Source: Mobula hypostoma (taxonomy: Eukaryota). Taken from it: DNA of 64,000 nucleotides. The stretch is taken from assembly GCF_963921235.1 (NCBI RefSeq), contig NC_086109.1, positions 31,436,001-31,500,000 on the forward strand, read 5' to 3'. The translations under genes and the position numbers were made by a program. Shown piece after piece: positions 51,370-63,344 of the stretch (its first letter is position 1; each line of letters starts with the position of its first letter). Below the pieces are notes generated by a model. That model searched no databases, was not told the origin of the DNA, and saw only the letters and a list, made by a program, of their open reading frames with translations.

Positions 51370-51525
51370 GGTGATAGTCAGGTGAGGAGAAGAGATAAGA
51401 AGCTAGAATGGGTAATAGAAGAAGAAAGACGGGGGAGTGAAAAAATTACCAGAAGTTCGAGAAATTGATGTTTATGTCATCAGGTTGGAGGCTACTCAGA
51501 TGGAATATGAAGTATTGCTCCTTCA
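51370..51525 (-). mobile_element. PLE fragment
   Basis: Similar to 15770-15860 (AATTACCAGAAGTT.GAGAAATTGATG...GGTTGGAGGCTAC). Confidence 0.6.
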
Positions 51526-52549
51526 CAAGTTCTAAGTTAGTTGAGGCTCAGATGCACTGCATTAATTTTTCCAAGGACTCTGATGCTGCAACGATATCTC
51601 TAAAATATTGACACCATATTTCTGTATGGATCAAAACCCTGTTGAGTAGTTAGAATCTCTGCCTGCAGCAAGTTTACAATGCAGCTAAGAAAATTGTCTT
51701 TCTTTCACTAATATCTATTTGCAAATGAGACAAATGTAGGAATCTCTTGCTGAGTTTGAATAACTGGCTGCAATCTTCGGTAAGGCAGCTAATCACAGGC
51801 TGTCAAAGCCTGATGTCTATAATAAGATATAAATTTTTGTGAAAGGCAATAAGTTTCAATGTCACATCATCTGTTTTCTGTCCAATTTAAAATAAACAAA
51901 TCTTTTGAAGATAATTGCATTGAAGATTCTCAGCTCTTTGACATTACAATTTTAACCCTACTCTCATTGAACAGCCAGGATTTCTGAAATTGGTGCAGAG
52001 GTGTCTTGAAAGTCTTTCATTTAAATTTACAAACATGACAATACAAGGGAATTCAGCTGAATCTGTAGAATTAAATTAATCCTAAATCTAATTACAAGTA
52101 CAATTGCCTAGAAATTGGACCTGAATTCACATGCATACGTCACATAGTGAAGGCATTTTAAATAATAAAATGGATGAGAACCTGCAGGCCAGCTTTGAAG
52201 AGTTAGAAAAGAGAATGAGAAGCGGGACTGTAAATCTAATAATCATCACACTAATCTAATGCCATGTTCTAGCAAATATAGAAGTACAATGATAGTACAG
52301 ATGAGCATAAGTTAGGGAAATGGTGCAGGAAGGAGTGCTTTGTTACCAGGGTATTATGATTGAGTTTTGAGGAACATGAGTTCTGTGAAGGGCTCAAATA
52401 GTAGACTACAAAAGTAGAAGTTCATAAGATCAAATCTAAAGTGGCAAATAAAATTAAAATTTCAGTGTGCAAGGGAAGATAGTTGATAGTGTTTTAACGA
52501 CTGGAAGGCTGTGTTGAGCCCCTTTCTGCTACATCTTATAACAAATAAT

Positions 52550-55080
52550 TCACTCATAACAATTAACTGGATCAATCACAAGCACATTTATTTGCTGCAA
52601 GGGAAGACCATCTCTGCACAAGGGCCAGTGATAGCTTAAAAAAAACAGACAGCATAATCACTCCTTTATACACAATTATCTACCCACACCAGTTCAAGGA
52701 CAGGGTGCATTCTGTTAGTCTGCTTAATTCATGTACTTGACATTCTACCAGTTATGCCCAGATCATGCCTGGCAGCCAGGAGTACACCTGGTAACCATCT
52801 ACCCAATAAGTGCTGTTCAGCAGACACAGAGGACTGAGGTTCCGCATATGTTCCTTTACAGCTCCTCAGATAGGTGCCCTTGCGCTTCCAGTTGCAGTGA
52901 CATGTTACCTGATCAACACCCTTGGCCACTGCACCAAACAGTTTCATGTGGGGTATCTGGTCCCGTACTTCTGGGGGAGGGGCTGCACCAAATGCATTTA
53001 AAAGGGAGAACATGCCATCTATTAAATCACTCGTAATGGCAATTGGTATCTATCCTGTAACCATTCAGGGCTTTTAGTTCAGCTCCACTGGTCTCTGATT
53101 TATTCCTGAATATGTATGGCAAACCCCATTGACTGAAATTAAAGGCAACTGCCCATAGAGGGATTTCTCCTTCACCATAGAAGTTCCAGTATCACCAATA
53201 TGAGCAGGGCGATCGGTGTGGCGTTGAGTGGTCTCATGATTTTATTGGCTCTGAAGTCTTTTTTCAGTGAGAGGCATGTATCCACAATAGCTTCTTTCTT
53301 ACCTTCATAGCTGTATTAGTCACCAACAGCACCTGGAACTGTCCTTCAAACCGAGGTTTCAAACAATTTTTTCTCTTAAATGTCCAGACAACCATGTAAT
53401 CTCCAGGCTCTATGTCATGACACTTCATGTTGACCATCAGCTGAGGAAGGATACACAATAGGCCAACATGCTTTCACCCAAATTATGTACCAACTCCAAG
53501 AAATACATCAAATGGCAGGCATAATGGCCGCCCTATTATCGTTTTGTGGGGAGACAATCCAGCAGTTCTATTGGCTGCGCCCTAATGGTTATAAGGACCA
53601 AAGATAATACTTGTTTCTATTCCAATCCAGTTTACTCACACATTTTACCAAGCTTGTTTTTAATTGTTTCATTCACCTTTTCTACTAAGTCTGCTGACTG
53701 AGGATGGCATGTACAATGGAAATGTTGGTCAATCTGTAAGGCCCTACATACTTAACTAGAATTCCAGTAAAGTAGGTACCATTGTTGATCAACAGTTTCC
53801 AAGGGATCCCAAACCTCAGGATGATTTCCTTCAATAAACATTTAGCTACTGTAACTGCATCATTCTTCCTACAAGGAAATGCTTCAACCAATTGTGAAAA
53901 AAAACATCAATAATCACCAATATATATTTATATCCTTCACACAAAAGTAATTCTATAAAATCCATCTGTAAATGCCCGAATGGTCCATCAGAGGGTGGTG
54001 TATAAGATCCTTCCATCTTTACTAGTTTTCCTGGGTTTTGTAAAATACATATCATACATTGTTCACAAACTTCATTTACAGCTTGCAATAAACCAGGAGC
54101 ATACCATGTTTGATTTATACAATCTATCTGTCTCCTCTTCAACCTCCGGGAAAGAGGGTGCTGTTCCCTGTGGGGCAGTGGAACATTTGAGTTGATGGTC
54201 ATTTTATGTGGCTTAGCTGTGAGCATGTTACTTGTTTCATTTGGCTGGAGGGCCCAAAGTTTCGGTGGGACTTTGGGGAGTAAAGGTTCCACGTCAACAT
54301 TCAAAGATAACCTTCCTACACCTTCTTGTTCAAAGGTTTCCTCTGATCCTAAAGCACTAGCGAGTGACAAAAGAAAACCTTTGCCTCCTTGTAATTGCAC
54401 AGACTCCATGCAGTTATTTCCTGAACCTTCTATCGTGGCAGTTCTTGCAGACCTTGACCATTAGTCCAAAGTCCTTTGTTGCCCTACCTCTGAAGACCTC
54501 TGAAGTTAGGTGTGGCTCCCTGTTCTCCTGATCTTGTGTCATCCACAGAACCTCATAGGGCAGTGATGCTGATGCTACAAAACTGGAATCACCCACATAT
54601 ATTTCAGAAGGGTATAGAACAATGTCCTTATTGATATAGGGGTCTAATTTCTGCTGCATAAAATGGTCATTTCTAGCAGAGTCATAATAAACCTTACAGT
54701 AAAGATAACAGTCCCACTTACTGAGTTGTACGTCTAAATGGAATCTAAAGCAATCACCAGTGGGGTATTGCATTTAGAAAGATGTAATAGATCAAGAGAG
54801 TATACAATAGATGCTAGGATGTTGAGTGTTGTTAAGGAAGAGTATAGCAACAGATGTCTTCCTTTACGGCATTTTGACTTTATGATTCACAAGACAAATG
54901 GCTAATGTCTCTATCTAAATTTTCATTAGAAGATACACCATTTATACATTGTGTGATTATTTCTATCTTGTCAAGAAGGCCAGCTATTACATTTTGCCTT
55001 CAGTTCTGCCTTCAATAAGTCCAAGAGGTGCAACTTATCAGTTTGTACTGTTCTTCATAAAATGAAAGTTGTTCCTTCCT
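52550..55080 (-). mobile_element. Degenerate class I (epsilon-like) endogenous retrovirus: partial pol, env remnant, probable 3' LTR remnant
   Basis: Integrase PFGHLQMDFIEL...YKYILVIIDVF, VEAFPCRK.DA.TVAK.LL.EII.RFG.P and C-terminal PRFEGQFQVLLVT.TA.KV...WIHASH; signal-peptide-like MRPLNATPIALLILVIL after integrase; TATAAA and AATAAA on the minus strand at ~52585-52670. Confidence 0.8.
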
Positions 55081-55104
55081 ATAACATATACCCATACAAT
55101 TAAA

Positions 55105-55420
55105 GCAACACACACAAAACGATGGAGGTACTAAGCAAGTCAGACAACATTTCGGGCCAAGATGGTTTTTCAGGACTGATAAAGAAAGGGGGAAGATACC
55201 AGAATGAAAAGATGGGGAGGCGGAGGCTAGATGGAAGGTGACAGGTAAAACCAGGTGGCCAGGAATGTCAAGGGCTGGAGAAGAAGGAATCTGATAGGAG
55301 AGGAGAGTGGACTACAGGGGAAAGGGAAGGAAGAGGGGACCTGAGGGGAAGTTATAGGCAGGGGAGAAGAGATAAAAAGTCAGAGTGGAGAACAGAGGAA
55401 AGGGAGAGAGTGAAATTTGG
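55105..55420 (-). mobile_element. Degenerate PLE pLTR
   Basis: GCAACACACACAAAA..., decayed hammerhead CATTTCGGGCC...TCAGGACT, purine-rich pLTR body. Confidence 0.7.
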
Positions 55421-55569
55421 TTGTTTTTCATTATGTTTCCTCAGTTGCATATTTCCATACTTTATACTGAAAGATTTAGTGTTCTATTTAACTATTTATG
55501 TCTTAATGGACAATGCTCCAATAGTGACCTTGGAATATAGATCCACAGATTATTATACTGAAGATATCA

Positions 55570-56130
55570 CATTACCAGCTTAGGCCAATAAGGTGATGAA
55601 AAGACTATACAGGATAATTTATTAGCTAAGACATCGACTATAAGACCAGGAACATTAGATTGAATATATATACACTATTAGTGGGACCACAGCATGTGTA
55701 CTCTATATCACATTACAGGACAGAAGTGTTTACACTGGAGAGGCTGCAAAGCAGATTTACAAGGATGCTATGAGATTGGAAATTTGCAGCAATAGGAAAG
55801 GATTTGTCAGGTTGATGTTTTCATTGGAACATGGGTAGCAGAGAGAGGAGATAAATAATATTTTATGGACCTAAATAAAGCAATTAGGATGTGCCTATTT
55901 TCTGTAATAGAGGGGCCAAATGCCAGGGGAAGTAAATTTAATGTAATGGGTAGTTTTTTGTTGCAATGTGAAGATAAAGCTTTGCACTGATCAAATTTCT
56001 GAGCTGGTACATTCACTAGTTGTATAAACTAGAAATATATTCATAGGTTAAAAGGTTGGCACAGTATCAAGGGCCAAAAGAGCCTGTACTGTGCCATAAT
56101 GTTCTATATTCTATGTCCAATGTTCTATGT
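55570..56130 (+). mobile_element. Old CR1 3' remnant
   Basis: CTGGAGAGGCTGCAAAGCAGATTTAC and a TTCTAT tail. Confidence 0.55.
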
Positions 56131-57249
56131 TCCATGAAATACCATGGTAGTTTTGGAGCTTACGGTAGAAGCACCATGATTGACAGTGTACAGTGCCAGA
56201 ACACATTTACCAGTTACCCCAACCTGTGGAAAAGTTGTAGTCAGAGCTATGTAATGGATGGCAGTGAGGTAATGCGCCTCATCTGAATTACAAGTCACAA
56301 AGGGTTAATGTGAATACCCATGGAAAACATGTTTTGTGCGCAAGATGCATGATAAATCTACTCCCACTCAGCCTCGACTCGGCCACATATGAAATTTGTG
56401 CCACCTCCTCGTGATCCAAACAGCATTAACTATGCAATTGATTGCCTTATTACATCACCACAGTGTGCAATTTCGTGAACAACTAGCAGCAGTTCAAGCT
56501 AGTTAGCAATGATCAAAGCCAACCTGTCACTTTTAAAAGGGGGTTGGACAAGCTAATGAAATTCATTCGAGAGGTCTTTGCAATATGATGCAAGAGATAA
56601 CAGGACACAGGCAAACACATCAAAGCCAACCCTATCTCTAATGCATTTGATTGGTTTTAATTCAGCAATGGAACACTTGTTTAATGCAGTGGAGAGGAGA
56701 GGATAGATCCTCAACCCACAGAATGCAAAGATGTCCTTCAAACAAATACTACTGGAGTGTTGGAATTAACTATGGAAGTCATTGCCAGGAGTTTATCCCT
56801 AACTATGCTGCAGCAGACAACCAATCTGTCCTCCAAGAGATTATTAACTTTGCTCAGGTGCTACCCTATGAGTGCAGCAGAACGCAAATCTGTTGGCTTC
56901 TCTTGGGATAATCCCTGGCAGATAGCCCTGACTCTTCCTGCTGATAAGAGAAGCAGGTAATCTGAAACTGGGCTCTCCAGTCCCAGAGCCACTTTAGGTT
57001 ACCCTTGAAGGCCATCTGAAAAATGTTTCAATGGATGTTGCCAGCCTTCGACCAGCTGTCTGCAACTTTTGTGGTAATGCAGTGTGGAAGCAGATGGAAG
57101 GGGAATGGGATGCTGAAAGTTGGCATGAATGGAGTGCTCAAGTGTGTTGGGGATACTTGCATCGTTTCTGCTCCAGATGATTTATAAATCTGGTTTGGAA
57201 TGTTCATTGCTACTGGCCTTCTATTTCCATGCAGACAAGCTAAAGATTT

Positions 57250-57575
57250 GTTTTCAAAGATTAGCTTGATTTGTCACACGCACATTGAAAAGCACTGTGA
57301 AATGTGTTGTTTGCGTCTAATCAAATCAGTGTGAATTGTGCTGGGTAGCCCACAAGTGTCACCACACTTCTGATGCCAACATGGCAAGGGCACATCTTAC
57401 TGACCCGAACCCATACTGCTTTGGAGTGTGGGAGGAAATAATGGGAGCAACCAGTCCAAACCCATACAGCCACAGGGAGAACGTGCAAACTTCTTACAGA
57501 CAGTGGCAGGAATTGAACCTCGGTTGTTGACACTGTAACGCATTACATTAGCCACTATGCAACCATGCCACCCAA
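57250..57575 (-). mobile_element. V-SINE with a LINE-like tail
   Basis: TTTGGAGTGTGGGAGGAAA...CACAGGGAGAACGTGCAAACT V-domain; tRNA-like head at ~57500-57570. Confidence 0.75.
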
Positions 57576-57609
57576 TAATATAACAGAATCCCAGTGGAAG
57601 TACTACTAG

Positions 57610-57689
57610 CAAGCATTTCAAAACTGGGGTCCACAGACCCTTTGCTTAATGGTATTGGTCCATGGCATAAAAAAGGTTGGGAATCCCGG
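57610..57689 (-). mobile_element. hAT MITE, degenerate copy of 60127-60206
   Basis: Reverse-complement match: TGCTTAATGGTATTGGTCCATGGCATAAAAAAGGTTGGGAA. Confidence 0.75.
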
Positions 57690-57799
57690 TGTAACGAGAG
57701 TCATTTAAAACTGAACACAGGCACTTAAGCCCACTGAGACCATAAGGCATTGGAGCAGAATTAGACCATGTAACCCATTGAGTTTGCTCTGTTGACTGT

Positions 57800-58045
57800 T
57801 AAACACCCATCTACACCAGACCTGCACTAATCCCATTTTATTCTTCCCACATTCCCATCAATTTTCCCCAGATTCTGTCACTCACCCACACATTAGGGGC
57901 AATTTACAGTGGCCCCTAATGTGCTAATTATTCTACATGTCTTTGGGATGTGGGAGAAAGCGAGAGGGCCTGAAGGAATTCCACAGGGTCATACGGATGC
58001 AGTGCAAACTCCAAAGGCAGGATGTGAGGTTAGGATTGAATCTGT
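57800..58045 (-). mobile_element. V-SINE remnant
   Basis: GGGGCAATTTACAGTGGCC...TCTTTGGGATGTGGGAG...GTGCAAACTCC. Confidence 0.65.
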
Positions 58046-58677
58046 GTAACTGACCAGTGAACTAGCTGTATCATTCTGCTTCTACACTGTTCAGCAACAA
58101 AGGGAAAATCAGATGGGTTGTTTTGTGGAGTAGGGAACTTGGACTGCATTCACTGGAAAAAATAGAAGCAGCGTGCACCAGGTCACGATATGTCCTGAAG
58201 CACATTCTGCTGTGTACAGCATAGGGTAAAAGAGGAGGCAGCAGCCTTGCTGGAGGCACCAACTGTTTGATCTCTGCAGCTTGGCTTTTGCTTTATTGTG
58301 CTTGGTGTGTTGACTGAATCAGGAGCTCTGATGTCAAAGGGGCAAGCCTCGTCTCCCAGCAGCCTCTCTTTGGTTTGATGTGCGATCTCAAAAACGAAGG
58401 ACCTAGCAAGATTGCACACTGTGAATGCTTCCTGGATACAGCACAGCTGTCTCCACAACATGGAGGCCAGTGCCAGGAGTGTATCTCCACTTGTGTTGCA
58501 GCAGTCAAGCAATCTGCCCTCCAAGAAACAGTTCATGAATGTAGAGTATCTTGTTAAGATACATTTCTGACCATATCTGGCCTCCATAGTGGGTAGGGAG
58601 TCCTATTGTGAAGACCTCAGTCCTCAGGCATCTTTACTCTTGCTGAGAGTTGTTGAATGACAAAGGAAACGCATTAC

Positions 58678-58785
58678 AGTTCCTGAATCACTGAGTGTGT
58701 GCCTTCAGGCTACTGTATCTCCTTCCTGATGGTAACAATGAGGAAAGGGTATGCCCTGGGTGATGGGGGTCCTTAATGATGAACT
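58678..58785 (-). mobile_element. Short Rex/Babar fragment
   Basis: IIKDPHHPGH.L.SLLPSGRRY.SLK. Confidence 0.7.
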
Positions 58786-60126
58786 GCAGTCCAGTTCTGT
58801 CCCAGGAGTTGTGGCTCCATCCAGTTTTATGCAGGTCCCTTTGCTGAAGGAAATTATTCAAACATTTCTTCTTGCTGAAGTATACTATCTGAAATCTTTG
58901 ACTGATCATTAACCAATTAAGGATTCTTTTCCCTCTTCACTTTTTTTTTAAATTGGATTGCCCTTTTCTGAAATATTTTCCTCACTCTCCCCATTCTAAG
59001 TCACCCTCAGAGAAATTAGATCTAAGGTACCCATATCTGGGGAGAAAAAGACATAATCCTTAGCTGTCATTTCCCTTCCTTAATGAGTCCATGAACTGTA
59101 TCAAGATTAGTAATTGCAAACAGTAGCTTGTTATTTAAGAAAGACTTTATAAATCAACTACAAAATGTAGTAGCGCATAACCAAATTGGAAGCAAATTGT
59201 AGCATCCAATCATTTTGCAGGCAGACTTATCTGAATACATAAAATGTATATATCAGCACCTTTTACCCAACCCATGGTCCCAGTATTTGTATTAGCTCTT
59301 ATCTTGAAGTAAACTGTAGTCTTCAACAATCACTAGAAGATTGCTTCTCAGCTTTATGGAAACAAAATCCAGTGTCAGTTTTCATTTAGTTTTTGTGTCA
59401 TTTTGCACAGTTCAGTGTCATGTTTCTTCAGAATTTATGGATATGTCAGAAGAGCCAATATGTATATTAATTTACAGTTCTGTATATTCAAGCTCCTAAT
59501 GACATAGTCATTCTTAATGAAAAATTAAAAAATCACTTTCATCAGTGTCTTTCAGATGGTTTCTTATGGTCATGAAACCTATGAATACCCTACACACTAG
59601 CTTCAGAAGACCGCAGTTTTCTTGTAAACATATGGCAACTAATACAATTACCTGATCACAAACTGCGAGAACTCCTGGACATTCAAGATCCCAAAGGACA
59701 TTTTCACAGGCCTTCCAATATTCAAGAGCCTTAGACTAAAATATTCAGGGACTAGAACGTCTTCTGCACAACACAGCAATTTTAGGTACAGTGCAAAGAG
59801 TTCTAATCTGAAATCTGAAGGCTAAATATAATTGGATCTTTTGCGAGCTCTAATCTTGTGGAAATTCGGAGTAGGTTCTCTGTGTATCAGACAAGCATTG
59901 CACGGGAGATGCTGGCCTTGTGCAGTTAAGTGGTATGCAGCACATATCTTAACAATCCTATTTGTTCATTCAAGGCCCCTAAAATGTTGCAGCCTGTACT
60001 TACATTGAAGCAGATTTTAACTGGATGGTTAAAGCATGTCCAGATGTTTGAAAACAGGGTCAGGCCTAGCTGATCTGCTGCAGGTAACTATCCAGCAGAT
60101 CACCTCCTTGTGCATTCTCTCTAATT

Positions 60127-60206
60127 CAGGGGCTCCCATCCTTTTTTATGTCATGGACCAGTACCATTAAGCAAGGAGTCTGTGGACCTTAAGTTGGGAA
60201 CCCTTG
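60127..60206 (+). mobile_element. 80-bp hAT (Charlie-like) MITE
   Basis: TIRs CAGGGGCTCCCA / TGGGAACCCTTG; perfect 8-bp TSD CTCTAATT at 60119-60126 and 60207-60214. Confidence 0.88.
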
Positions 60207-60227
60207 CTCTAATTTCACTGTTCCACA

Positions 60228-60730
60228 CCATAGGCCATAAGATATAGAAACATAATTAAGCCATTCAGTCCATCAAGTGTGCTTATGGCTGATTTTCTTT
60301 TCAACCCCATTCTTCTCACTTCCCCCCGCAACTTGTAACCCTTTACCAATCAAGGACCTATCAATTTCAGCCATAAGTACATTCAATGACTTGGCCTACA
60401 CAGGCCTCTGTGGCAAAAAAATCCAGAGATTCACCGCCTTCTGTCTGAAGAAATTCCTTCCCATCTTAGTTTTATAATTTTAAATTCCCTCCTATCCCTT
60501 TGGTCCAATGCTGTGCCTTCAGATCCTAGACTTTCTATGAATAGAAACATCTTCTTCATATCCACTCAATCCAGGCCTTTCAGTATTGGTGAAGTTCCCT
60601 CATCTTTCCGAACTCCATTGAGCATAGGCCCACAGATATCAAGCACTCCTTATATGTTGATCCTTTCATCCTGGGATCATTCTCGTGAACCTTTGGATTC
60701 TCTCCAGATTAAGCACACTTTTTTCTGAAT
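60228..60730 (-). mobile_element. CR1 3' fragment
   Basis: CCATAAGATATAG tail and RT C-terminal similarity. Confidence 0.8.
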
Positions 60731-62009
60731 ACAGCTTTGCTGTGTATCAAATTATCACTTTTGATTTGTTATAAAGCCTTTCTCTGAAACCAGTCAGAAC
60801 TGCCGAACTGGTTAATTTCTGCCATGAATATATATTTCATTAGACAAATATTTCATTTTAATTACAAAATGGCCTAATGGAATAATATAGGCATTTTTTT
60901 TCTAATTTTAAAGTGATTCTAAGTAATTATTCTTATTGTTATAAATATAAAAGTAGTTTTGATATACTGTAATATGGTTATGTTACTGTTTCATGCTTCT
61001 TTGTTGACTAAATTGTTTCATCAAGAACGATTGTGGCCATTTTCCATGACAAAGCAGGGAAGAAAAATAATGGTGATTTGAAATCAGCTTTATTGCTTTT
61101 TAAGTTATCTATCTGACACAATCTTTCTTGGGGTAGTGAATATTTTAGACTCCCATCACTTTATTGCCAATTAAGCTGCTCATTGACAGTCGATTTTATC
61201 CCATACTAGGAACTGAATGTAAAGTAATGGGACTGCAGGGCGAGTTACTACAACAGGGGTGGGACTTTGAGAGACTGCTATCAAAATATTTATTTATCTG
61301 AAGATACAGTAGGATATTTGGTTAACTTCAAGGAGTTGGAATTATTAATGGTTCAGCACTTATGCATCTTGAGTCATGACTGTTGGGTAAATATTGCCAA
61401 TTTCCATTTCCATTGCTTGGATGTCAGGAAGATAAAAAATTATGTTGCATACTGATTAGTATACTTATTTATTGGATACAGATGGTATTATGACATTTAA
61501 ATGTGTGCATCTTGGCTAAAATGAATGCCCAACCAATGATACCATATGTTAAATTCATTTTCACTTGGGTGTAAGCATTCTTTGCTAATATTGGTTGCCA
61601 TATTTGTTAACATAAAACAAAGGCAACAGCAAAGATAAGTAATCAGCATCAAGTACAGAAAATGTAATTGAAATTTCTTCTTGTTTACCATAACATGTCA
61701 AGAAGAAAGTACCAATGGCTATCCTCTGCATGGCCTTTACAATTTTAAATTTTTATCTTAATCGTCAAATTCTGTTATGGTCTCTTTCCCTTGAACATCC
61801 ACTAGACCTCCAAACAAACAGAGCTTTTACAGGGCCGTGCTCTTAAATGATGAAGTGCCATGTGTACGAGGCTACTGCCAGCTTCTACAGATATATTCTG
61901 TTGCACATGAAATCTCATGCAATAGAATCTGCACAGGAGATATCAAATGGATCAGGGACTGTGGAAGAGGAAAGGGGCAGTAATGACAGGGGACGGAGGG
62001 GGAGTAGTG

Positions 62010-62290
62010 AGAGATGTGATACATCATGGAAGGGATCAAGGTCAAGGGAAGAAATAACATCAAGAAAAGGGCAGCATCAAGGCAATGGACAGCATTGATG
62101 GAATGCAACCATGGAAAGAAGGCACAACATCGAAGAGTTAACATTGCAGGATAGCAGCTTTGAGGAAGTGCATTGCATCAAGGTGGCATCATCAAGGAAA
62201 GCATAGCATCAAAGGTAAGGGTAGTTTTAAGGGATGGACAAAATTGAGAGATGTGAGGTGATATGGAACAAGGTACTAAAAGCATTGGAT
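62010..62290. repeat. Degenerate purine-rich minisatellite (~18-bp unit, GCATCAAGG core)
   Basis: Recurrent ACATCATGGAAGG / GCATCAAGG / GCATCAAAGG. Confidence 0.5.
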
Positions 62291-63031
62291 CGGAAGGAAG
62301 GAATTAACTCTGAGGTTTCAATGACATAGAGCGATTTTATGGAGAGAGGGTCAAGACCTTGGCTGAGTTTGATGATAATTCAAAGATTTAAAGTACATTT
62401 ATTATCAAAGTTACATACAGTTTACAACTCAGAAATTTATCCTCCCACAGGCAATACAAAACAAAGAAACACTATGGAACCTGTTCAAGAAAGCATCAAA
62501 CACCCAACGTCCGAAACAAGAACAAACTGCAAATGCTAAAAGCAAGCGGGAATCACATAGAATATCAAACATCAGACTAGAGCCTAGTAAGGTGTGGACT
62601 ATAAACTGTCAGCATTAGTGTAAAGAATAGTCACTCATTCACCAGGAGGAGGAGAAGCATTGAGGAGAGTACTGGAACAGGGGAAGGGACAGTTTTGGGG
62701 TAGTCATTCTGAGGGACTGTATAAATGATTACTATAGGGTCCACTGGATGTACACATGAATGCACTGGGGTCAGAGAGAGGACTTATTATATTATTGGAT
62801 CTAAGTGTGGTATAGAAAGGACAAAAACACACAATCAAGGGCCAAAGTGATATGGACTGTGTGGTGGGACAGAGTGGAGTTAGCATTCATTTGTAGAGGG
62901 CTAGAATATAAAGGTGGTGGTCTTGGAATATTTTGAACAATTTTGGGCCCTGTATCTCAGAACATGTAGTCTGCATATCAGTCATGTGTGAGAGCTGGCC
63001 TGGAGAGAAAAGACTGGATATTAAGTGAAGG

Positions 63032-63244
63032 TGTAGGGTAATGTAATTGGTGGAAACATACATAATTCACACATCAACATTGAGTTGGGGTTCACTTTAA
63101 GAGGCTGGTCTGATGTGATGATGTAATTATGCGAGTTTCTGTTATCACGCTCTGTGTTCAGTGTTTGGGGTACAATAAATGATTTGTCATGGTTTTTGTT
63201 TAAACATAAAATACCTTACATCGTCTTATTTGTGAAAACCTAGA
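63032..63244 (+). mobile_element. Possible short solo LTR
   Basis: TGTAGG...CCTAGA ends, AATAAA near 63174, flanks AAGG/AAGA. Confidence 0.35.
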
Positions 63245-63344
63245 AAGATAGCAATCAAATCAAAATCAGAATCAGATTTATTATCACTGACACCTGTCAT
63301 GAAATTTCTTTTGTGGCTGCAGTACAGTGCAAGGCAAAAAGTAT

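Noticed and set aside
55145..55180. Functional hammerhead in the pLTR remnant
   Set aside because: Core boxes and cleavage site are mutated (CUGAAAA, GAAAUGUU)
58183..58587. 134-aa ORF as a coding gene
   Set aside because: No recognisable domain or convincing splice signals
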